From positions 2,461,174 through 2,493,173 of the forward strand of contig CP084167.1 in assembly GCA_021513715.1 (NCBI GenBank): 32,000 bases of DNA, read 5' to 3'. Source of the stretch: Candidatus Heimdallarchaeum endolithica (GTDB lineage Archaea > Asgardarchaeota > Heimdallarchaeia > Heimdallarchaeales > Heimdallarchaeaceae). Below the pieces are notes generated by a model, which was not told where the DNA came from, made no database searches, and worked only from the letters and a program-made list of their open reading frames with translations. The position numbers and the translations under genes are program-made. This document shows, piece by piece, positions 25,482 through 32,000 of this stretch (position 1 is its first letter; every line of letters begins with the position of its first letter).

Positions 25482-26591
25482 TTATTCTTGAAATTCTTCA
25501 AGAAATGAGCCATAAGTTGCAGCAACATTACATGTTCCTTCATGACTAACCATACAAGCACCAACAGGATGATCTGGTCTGCAAGCTTTCATGAATAAAG
25601 GACATTCTTGGGGTTTAGTCTTTCCAATAAGTATCTCATCACAACGACATTTACTACGTAAATCTTTACCTTCAAGTTTAGGGATTGAAAAACGCTTCTT
25701 GGCATCAATATGGGCATAATCTTCACTAATTTCAGAACCAGAAAGAGGCCAAGTGCCTAAACCTCTCCAACGAACATCACTAACAACAAATGCTTTCTCC
25801 ATAGCCTTAATAGCAGCAACATTTCCTTCTGGTTTTACATAACGTTTGTAATCATTAGACACAGTAGGAGAGTCAGTACGTATCTGTTTTAATAAAGAGT
25901 AAATGGATAAAAGAATGTCAACAGGTTCAAAACCTCCTACAGAAACAGGAAAATGAAATTCACGGGGGATAAACTCGTAAGGGTATGTTCCAATAATAGT
26001 AGAAACATGTCCCGGAGCAAGAAAGCCTTGAAACTCAATGTCATCCCGCTGAAGAAGAAGTCTCATAGCAGGAGGAACAAGTTTGTGAGAAGAGTAAATA
26101 CTAAAATTAGGTAAGTCAACACGAAGAACTTCAGCTGCAGTAATGCAACTAGTGGTCTCAAAACCAACACTGAAAAATAAAACATCAAGATCAGGATGGG
26201 TTCGAGCAATATTAACGGCGTCAGCGATACTATATACAACACGAACATCCATACCACGTGCTTGCGCTTGATATAAAGATTCATTAGACGAAGGAACGCG
26301 CATCATATCTCCAAAAGTGGTAATGGTAAGATTGTGGTGATCAGCTAACCATAAAACTTCATCTATGTCCAAAGCAGATACACAACATGTTGGACACCCA
26401 GGACCTGCAATTAGTTCCACATTTTTTGGTAAAAGAGCTCTTATTCCTGCTTTTACTATGTCATGCTCATGTGTCCCACAAACATGCATAATGGTTACTT
26501 TTTTTTCTATTTTCTTTGCTTCTTCCCTTATTTTTTCTACTAGACTTTTTACTGTTTCTTTGTTTCTGTATTTTTGTGTTACGTTTTTCAC
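25482..26591 (-). CDS. hypD: [NiFe] hydrogenase maturation protein HypD
   Basis: Motifs: MHVCGTHEH, GPGCPTC, GFETT, PGHVS. C-terminal Cys-rich [4Fe-4S] region: CRCDEI...CPLF...C...GACMVSHEGTC. GTG start. Confidence 0.9.
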   Translation of the reverse strand: MKNVTQKYRNKETVKSLVEKIREEAKKIEKKVTIMHVCGTHEHDIVKAGIRALLPKNVELIAGPGCPTCCVSALDIDEVLWLADHHNLTITTFGDMMRVPSSNESLYQAQARGMDVRVVYSIADAVNIARTHPDLDVLFFSVGFETTSCITAAEVLRVDLPNFSIYSSHKLVPPAMRLLLQRDDIEFQGFLAPGHVSTIIGTYPYEFIPREFHFPVSVGGFEPVDILLSIYSLLKQIRTDSPTVSNDYKRYVKPEGNVAAIKAMEKAFVVSDVRWRGLGTWPLSGSEISEDYAHIDAKKRFSIPKLEGKDLRSKCRCDEILIGKTKPQECPLFMKACRPDHPVGACMVSHEGTCNVAATYGSFLEEFQE

Positions 26592-26679
26592 TTTTTTCCC
26601 TTCTTGTTTTGCTATTTTTTTTGTTTCATAAATCTTGTTTTAGGTCTATTTTTTTATTTTAATATAGCTCTTTTTTCTT

Positions 26680-27747
26680 CTAATCAAAATAGACTTTTCC
26701 TTTTAGAAATTCCTTAATAAACCCAGTTGATTTTGGATATATTTTTGAAAATGTTATTTCTATTTTATTATTTCCTATTTTCTTTCTTTTGTCCTCTCTT
26801 AGAATCACGTGTTTTCTTATTCTTCTTTTTAGTAACTCCCACCCTTCTTCAGATATTCTTATTGTGAACTGTTCTGTTGCTTCTCCTTTTGCTATTGCTT
26901 CTGTCAATCTTTCAAGTATCATCTTTCCAAATAAGCTATATGCTTGTTCTCTTTTTATTCCCCCTACTTTTTCTAAGTAAGTTCCAGCTAAGTAAAATCT
27001 TTCTTTTGTTCCAGGTGCTGATTGCTCAAACCCTTTAGCTATATGATCTGCTATTGCTGCTACACATGCATTAAAAGTTATATATTTCAATCTAGGTTCC
27101 ATTCCAGAAACTGATTTCATTACTAATCCTTCTCTCCCTTTTGCCTCAAGATTCTGTAATTTTTCTTCGATTTTTTTATAGTCATGTATATCCATTACAC
27201 CAAAAATTGGTACTGAATCAATCTCATATCTTTCTAGTAGTTCTTTTCTTTGAAGAGGAAGGAGTAGATCAAGTTGATAGTCTTTTCTTACTTTAAAAAT
27301 ATCAAAAATCAATATTTTTGGTTCTAAACCATAAATGGTAGAAATATGGTTGTAGGGATTGTTACCTATTAATTCCCCAAAAGCACATAAATGTGGAAAA
27401 TCTTGTAATAATTCTCCTATATTCTTGTTCTCTTGTAATATTTCTGTACTATAGGGACAAACATATCCTCCTCTAGTAAAAGCCAAGAGTGTGTTAGAAT
27501 TTGCATGATAAAAAACTCTGACGTTTGTTCCATCTATCTTTTCTTCAACGATAAATTTATTGTTGCTAAACTGTTTTTTTATTGCTTCCTTCAAAAAAAA
27601 TGCTCTGGGAATTTTAGGATAAGAGGGAATTATTTTATTTTCAATATTAACTGTTCCCCTTATGTGCTCTCCGAAATCTCGAACATCTCTACTGTAAACA
27701 ATACTCTTATAGTATAATTGCTCAACTATTTTATCGTTTTTTATCAC
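26680..27747 (-). CDS. ATP-dependent RNA ligase, archaeal Rnl3 family (Pab1020/MthRnl-like)
   Basis: Nucleotidyl-transferase motif I EEKIDGTNVRV (KxDG). FTRGGYVCPYSTE, FGELIG, EGREGLVMKS and C-terminal IEITFSKIYP closely parallel what I recall of the Pyrococcus abyssi Pab1020 sequence. Confidence 0.85.
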   Translation of the reverse strand: MIKNDKIVEQLYYKSIVYSRDVRDFGEHIRGTVNIENKIIPSYPKIPRAFFLKEAIKKQFSNNKFIVEEKIDGTNVRVFYHANSNTLLAFTRGGYVCPYSTEILQENKNIGELLQDFPHLCAFGELIGNNPYNHISTIYGLEPKILIFDIFKVRKDYQLDLLLPLQRKELLERYEIDSVPIFGVMDIHDYKKIEEKLQNLEAKGREGLVMKSVSGMEPRLKYITFNACVAAIADHIAKGFEQSAPGTKERFYLAGTYLEKVGGIKREQAYSLFGKMILERLTEAIAKGEATEQFTIRISEEGWELLKRRIRKHVILREDKRKKIGNNKIEITFSKIYPKSTGFIKEFLKGKVYFD

Positions 27748-27819
27748 AGTACAACTTAGTTTTTTGAAATAATAATTTTTTGTACAAGTTTTATTTTAAC
27801 TTTTATTTTTGCATATCTA

Positions 27820-28464
27820 CTATTTTTTATCTAATTGTTCTTCTAAGAAATGTGTATAATCCTCTGAAAAAACAGCTTGTTTGTTTGATACATATATTAA
27901 AAATTCATGAAACCTTTCTGCTTTAAAGAACGATAATCCTAGCCATTCTGCCATTTTCATTAACCCATAATCTGCAGTAACAATTATCCCTCCTACTTCT
28001 TTTGCCAACATAACAACATCAAAATCCTCTTTGCTATCAATAACACCATCTCGTAAAGCACTTCTGTACTTTTCTCGTAAATCATGGATCCTCTGATCAA
28101 TTTCTTCAGGTTTATAGCTCCGTAGCATCTTTTCACTAAGTCTTAACCCTTTATCTATCCTATTTCTTATTTCATCTATGAACTTGTATACAACTGCTGC
28201 AGGGACATTTAGTTCATATAGTGAAGGGCTTTTAACGATTAAGACGCTTTCAAGAAAAGGTACATCCTCTCCTAGGAATGTTGTCAACTCTTTCTTAATA
28301 GATAATGGCATATAAAAGTGAATAAAAGGAGTTTTTGCAGCGAATTTAAGAAAATTTTTTACTGCTTCTACTGTTGTTTTACCAAAACTCTTTCTGGAGT
28401 TTGGATTAGTAAAAACGCTTGTATCGATAACAAATTTACGTTCTTTGTCTGTTTTTTCGCTCAT
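27820..28464 (-). CDS. PIN-domain protein, 'RNA ligase partner' family (MJ_0950-like / UPF0278)
   Basis: N-terminal FVIDTSVF and C-terminal IIVTADYGLMKMAE are PIN acidic-residue motifs. 214 aa. Lies immediately upstream of, and co-oriented with, the Rnl3 ligase, which is the conserved pairing I recall for this family. Confidence 0.7.
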   Translation of the reverse strand: MSEKTDKERKFVIDTSVFTNPNSRKSFGKTTVEAVKNFLKFAAKTPFIHFYMPLSIKKELTTFLGEDVPFLESVLIVKSPSLYELNVPAAVVYKFIDEIRNRIDKGLRLSEKMLRSYKPEEIDQRIHDLREKYRSALRDGVIDSKEDFDVVMLAKEVGGIIVTADYGLMKMAEWLGLSFFKAERFHEFLIYVSNKQAVFSEDYTHFLEEQLDKK

Positions 28465-28596
28465 TTCAAAGAAAACATAGCACTAATGAGTAAAAAATCT
28501 ATCTCTATAATTTTTTGTAAGAATAAAAATCACTTCTTTTAAAACTTTGAAATCGAAACATCTTTAAAATGAATAAATTCCTTTTTTTCGGTCGCT

Positions 28597-29508
28597 ATGG
28601 TTGATAAAGCGCAAGACAAGTTAGGATTAGACACATATGTAGTCGAGCTTGGGAGCATAGAGGATAGAATAAAGAAATTACGCGAAAAACGTAACTATGC
28701 CAACAAAAAAATGAAAGAATCCATACAATTAAGGAATGAACATAATCAACAAGTTGCTAAATATCTTGCAGCAGCTAAAGAATACGAAGAGAAAAGAAAT
28801 AAATTAAATGAAGAAGTAAAATCATTAAAAGAAAAGAGGAAAGAACTTCAAAGTATTCTTTTAGAAAAGAAAAAAGAACTTTATCAATTAATGGATGAAG
28901 ATACTTCTGCAAATAGATATCAGCTTCATAAACTGAAAAAGAAAATTGAAGATATTAACAAGAAAATTCAGAAAATAGAATGGGATATACAAACAAAAAG
29001 TAACTTAGAAGCAGAAGAAGAGAAAATACTCATTCAGCAAGCAGAAAAATTATCCAGTCAACTAAATAAATTAATGGTTTCTATTAAACTATCAGAGAAA
29101 CAGTCTGAATTATGGAAAGAAATTTCTAAAATACAAAAAGAAGTCAATCAAATCCATAATGCTATTGTTGAGATGGCTAAAGAAAGTCAAGTATTTCATA
29201 AATTAATGAACCAAAATTATGCAAAAGTTAATGAATCTAGAAAATTAGCAAACAAATATCATAAATCTTTTTTGTCATATAAAAAAGAAGGAGATGAAAT
29301 TCATAAGGAGCTTTTGTCCATTTATTCAGACAGGAATAAAATTAAAGAGAAACTCAGTCAACTCAAAAAAAGTTTCAGAGAAAAGCATAAACAAGCACTA
29401 AGGCAGAATCTAGAAAAAAATGTTCAAGAAGCTTTTGCTAAATATGAAAAAGGAAGTAATTTGACTTTAGACGAATTTCGTTTATTAGTAGATCGTGGAT
29501 TAATTTAA
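28597..29508 (+). CDS. Coiled-coil protein (303 aa), function unknown
   Basis: Almost entirely K/E/L/Q-rich heptad-like sequence. It resembles the uncharacterised archaeal coiled-coil proteins of about 300 aa. No catalytic motif found. Confidence 0.6.
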   Translation: MVDKAQDKLGLDTYVVELGSIEDRIKKLREKRNYANKKMKESIQLRNEHNQQVAKYLAAAKEYEEKRNKLNEEVKSLKEKRKELQSILLEKKKELYQLMDEDTSANRYQLHKLKKKIEDINKKIQKIEWDIQTKSNLEAEEEKILIQQAEKLSSQLNKLMVSIKLSEKQSELWKEISKIQKEVNQIHNAIVEMAKESQVFHKLMNQNYAKVNESRKLANKYHKSFLSYKKEGDEIHKELLSIYSDRNKIKEKLSQLKKSFREKHKQALRQNLEKNVQEAFAKYEKGSNLTLDEFRLLVDRGLI

Positions 29509-29558
29509 ATACATTCACTAAATAATCTAATCTTCCTTTTTTTAAAAAGGAGCGAGTT

Positions 29559-30308
29559 TTAGGGGTGTTCTTTTTTTACAAATGTATATGAATTTCCTGA
29601 TAATGCTGGGACTTCTTGTAAGTAGTATCCTCTCATCTGTAAGATGAGTAAATTAGCAAATACCCAATGTACAAGCGTTTCATTTTTCAGTTTTAGCATT
29701 CCTCCATCTTCTGTTTCTTCCCAGATTGCATCTGGCTCTTCTTCCTTCATTTTTATCCACTCATTAATAGAAAGAAAGCGTCCTAAATAGCTAACTCCTT
29801 TAACCCTTTCTATAAATTCTGGAACTGTACGTATTAATGTTCGAAGAATATAATCGTCATCTTTTTCGATTGAGTCTAGCAGTGTTAAAAGGATAGCTGA
29901 TTTAATTTTATCATTTCTGCTTAGTTTTGGTTTTGTTGGTGTGAGTTTCTCAAAAATAGGAGTTACGGCTGTGTCATCACATAAATAAAAACTATTCCTA
30001 TCTTCTCTTAGTGAATATCCTCTTCCTGCTAATATTATTAAATAGGCAATATCTAAGTTGTTAATCACTTTTTTATTTATAATAGCTTCAATTCCTTTCT
30101 TAATGTTGATGACCTCTCCTAATTTTGCTTTACAACTCTGATCATCAAAAATATCTGATAAGATGCGAGATAAACTGCTAACTAGTGCAAAATTATCTTG
30201 TACAGAGTTATCTATAATTATTCTAAGGATATTGGCATTTTTATCAATATTATTAAACATCATCAAAGTAATTAATAATTTCATCACTTTTAACTTATTC
30301 GGAATCAA
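29559..30308 (-). CDS. Hypothetical protein (249 aa)
   Basis: Long ORF whose purine-rich sense strand matches the real genes here. No recognisable motif. Start is uncertain (M1 or M9). Confidence 0.5.
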   Translation of the reverse strand: MIPNKLKVMKLLITLMMFNNIDKNANILRIIIDNSVQDNFALVSSLSRILSDIFDDQSCKAKLGEVINIKKGIEAIINKKVINNLDIAYLIILAGRGYSLREDRNSFYLCDDTAVTPIFEKLTPTKPKLSRNDKIKSAILLTLLDSIEKDDDYILRTLIRTVPEFIERVKGVSYLGRFLSINEWIKMKEEEPDAIWEETEDGGMLKLKNETLVHWVFANLLILQMRGYYLQEVPALSGNSYTFVKKEHP

Positions 30309-30460
30309 TAATATTTGTCGTTGTCAGATCAACTGTTTTTAATTTATCCACAGATATTATAATTGCTGTCAATAAACCACTTTTCTATTTGTAAAAAGGT
30401 AAGATTATTATATAAAAAAAATAACTTATTTTTACCAAATTCCTCAAAGAGGAGATAAAT

Positions 30461-30847
30461 ATGGCAGTAAAAATAAATGAAATTTATAAATGTGAAATTT
30501 GTGGTAACATTGTTGCTGCAGTTCACGGAGGACAAGGTTCTCTTATTTGCTGTGGTCAAAACATGATTCTTTTGGAAGAAAAGACTGCAGAAATGGCTAC
30601 AGAAAAACATGTTCCTGTTGTAGAAATTGACGGAAATAAAGTTAAAGTTACAGTTGGTAGTACCATTCATCCAATGATTGAAAAACATTATATTGAGTGG
30701 ATCGAGATCATTACAGAAGATGGGCGCTCATATAGAAAGTTTCTTGAACCAGAACAGGAACCTGTAGCTGAATTTATTGTAGAGTCCAAAGTAGTCAAAG
30801 CTCGAGAACATTGTAACTTACATGGGCTATGGATCAACACAGTGTAA
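30461..30847 (+). CDS. dfx: Desulfoferrodoxin (2Fe superoxide reductase)
   Basis: N-terminal desulforedoxin-like FeS4 site YKCEICGN...LICCGQ. C-terminal SOR centre II ligands: [38 protein letters not shown]. Confidence 0.9.
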   Translation: MAVKINEIYKCEICGNIVAAVHGGQGSLICCGQNMILLEEKTAEMATEKHVPVVEIDGNKVKVTVGSTIHPMIEKHYIEWIEIITEDGRSYRKFLEPEQEPVAEFIVESKVVKAREHCNLHGLWINTV

Positions 30848-30884
30848 TCCTGTTTTCATTTTTTTCAATTTTCAGAGTTATTTT

Positions 30885-30906
30885 TTTTCTTTTGCCAAAA
30901 AGAAAA
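30885..30906 (+). terminator. Hairpin TTTTCTTTT-GCCA-AAAAGAAAA embedded in T-runs downstream of dfx
   Basis: Perfect 9-bp stem with a 4-nt loop, preceded by oligo-T tracts that serve as archaeal termination signals. Confidence 0.4.
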
Positions 30907-30949
30907 GTTAAATAATGGTTTTTGTTGCATTGTTTAACAGTTGGTTACT

Positions 30950-31171
30950 ATGTGTTTGGCAATACCTGCTAGAGTTTGTGAAGTATTAGAAAATAATATG
31001 GTAAAAGTTGAAATTACTGGTGTAGTGAGAGAAGCAGATACTTCCTTACTTTCTGAAGAGGTTAAAGAGGGAGACTATGTGTTAGTTCATACAGGTTTTT
31101 GTATATCTAAGTTGGATGAAGAGCAAGCAAAAGAAGATTTAAAGTTGTGGGATGAACTCCTTTTAGAGTAA
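30950..31171 (+). CDS. hypC: [NiFe] hydrogenase maturation chaperone HypC
   Basis: Starts MCLAIPARV, giving the essential N-terminal Cys after Met removal. 73 aa. ATG 30950 is preferred over the TTG 30941 in the ORF track. Confidence 0.85.
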   Translation: MCLAIPARVCEVLENNMVKVEITGVVREADTSLLSEEVKEGDYVLVHTGFCISKLDEEQAKEDLKLWDELLLE

Positions 31172-31395
31172 ATTAGAGTTTTACCTTGTATTAACAGATT
31201 TTTTTATTCGTATTTAATTTATTAGTAATGTTTGTTGGTAAAAGGTTAAGTGTTTTTTGTGTGATTATTTCTTGTTGTGAGGACAATAAGGGGACATTTT
31301 CTCGCGATTGTGAAGAACATTCCTTCTTCTATCTTTTACTTTTTCTAATCTCGAGATCATTAATGTTAACTCGTCTAATTTTCCTTTATGTACTT

Positions 31396-31572
31396 TTATC
31401 TTTCCTTTTTTGTTTTTATGCATATCTTTCTTCTGTTATGATGGATTATTCTCACATACTTCTCTATAATTCTTGTGTCTCTTCCAGTTATTTTCCTTAA
31501 CCTCTCCTTTTTTCTCGTCGTCAATACTTCATTCTTTATTCTCACTTTCAAGATTTTGACGACTTCCTCCAT
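31396..31572 (-). CDS. Candidate small basic protein (58 aa), speculative
   Basis: Hand-translated from the minus strand: MEEVVKILKVRIKNEVLTTRKKERLRKITGRDTRIIEKYVRIIHHNRRKICIKTKKER. Preceded by purine-rich GAGAGGAAAGAGAG and a TTTATTTTTATAG element about 70 nt upstream. The sense strand is purine-rich like the real genes, whereas the overlapping + ORF 31228-31500 is not. Confidence 0.25.
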   Translation of the reverse strand: MEEVVKILKVRIKNEVLTTRKKERLRKITGRDTRIIEKYVRIIHHNRRKICIKTKKER

Positions 31573-31751
31573 CTCTCTTTCCTCTCTTCTTATTTTCTCT
31601 TTCTTTGTTTTTTCTTCTACTCTTCTTAATTATACTTTTTTACTATAAAAATAAAGAGACCTCTTTTTCCTTTCCACTCTCTTCCTTCTTTTCTTTTTTT
31701 TATTTGTAATTCTTACTAAATTTTTATAAATTTACGTAAAAAAAGTATCTT

Positions 31752-32000
31752 ATGGAAAATTGGATTGCTTCCTTTGATGAGATCATTAAAGGAAAAACTA
31801 CTGACGTCTATTTCTTAAATGCAAAAAAATGTCTAGAAGCTGATAACCTAGATAAAACAGTAGTCTATGCAGAGGTGACAACTGATAGTTTACCAAAAAA
31901 CTGGACTCATTTTCTGTTTTTAGGTTTAGCAGAAGTTATTGCAATGTTCCAGAAAACGAAATTAAATGTTAACATATATTCTGTGGATGAAGGCCGGATT
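31752..32000 (+). CDS. Nicotinate phosphoribosyltransferase-like protein, 3'-truncated by the window edge
   Basis: Hand-translated: MENWIASFDEIIKGKTTDVYFLNAKKCLEADNLDKTVVYAEVT... The open frame runs to the window end. The N-terminus resembles archaeal NAPRTase/PncB-type enzymes (I..G..TD.YF..T). Only 83 aa are visible. Confidence 0.5.
   Translation, partial: MENWIASFDEIIKGKTTDVYFLNAKKCLEADNLDKTVVYAEVTTDSLPKNWTHFLFLGLAEVIAMFQKTKLNVNIYSVDEGRI

Noticed and set aside
30344-30688. 114-aa minus-strand ORF overlapping dfx
   Set aside because: It lies antisense to a gene with unmistakable desulfoferrodoxin metal-binding motifs, and its product is an N/F-rich junk-like sequence.
31228-31500. 90-aa plus-strand ORF in the CT-rich gap
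   Set aside because: Its F/L/S/C-rich composition comes from a pyrimidine-rich strand, opposite to the strand bias of every confident gene here. No SD is present. The minus strand is the more plausible coding strand, if either strand codes at all.

Overview
AT-rich archaeal chromosomal window. Archaeal origin is supported by TATA/BRE-type promoters, a mix of strong Shine-Dalgarno and leaderless starts, an Rnl3-type RNA ligase and inteins. I cannot assign a lineage from sequence alone. Content in order: (1) gyrB and gyrA, each interrupted by a LAGLIDADG intein. (2) An SMC/Rad50-like ABC ATPase with a 4-Cys zinc ribbon in its coiled coil. (3) A small RNA locus holding a 5S rRNA gene that reads as circularly permuted, a tRNA-Ser(GCU) and an orphan tRNA-like 3' fragment. 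(4) hypE-hypF. (5) A complex-I-like membrane-bound [NiFe] hydrogenase in two convergent half-operons: NuoH/A/J/K/L/N-like on the + strand and NuoC/D/I/B-like on the - strand. The two halves carry near-identical promoter modules and flank an LRR protein gene and a HycI-type maturation protease gene. (6) fprA, hypD, an Rnl3 RNA ligase with its PIN-domain partner, a coiled-coil protein, a hypothetical protein, desulfoferrodoxin and hypC. (7) A CT-rich gap followed by the 5' end of a nicotinate phosphoribosyltransferase-like gene. The most unusual signal is the permuted 5S rRNA at 9968-10096 on the minus strand. No CRISPR array, transposase or obvious defence island was seen.
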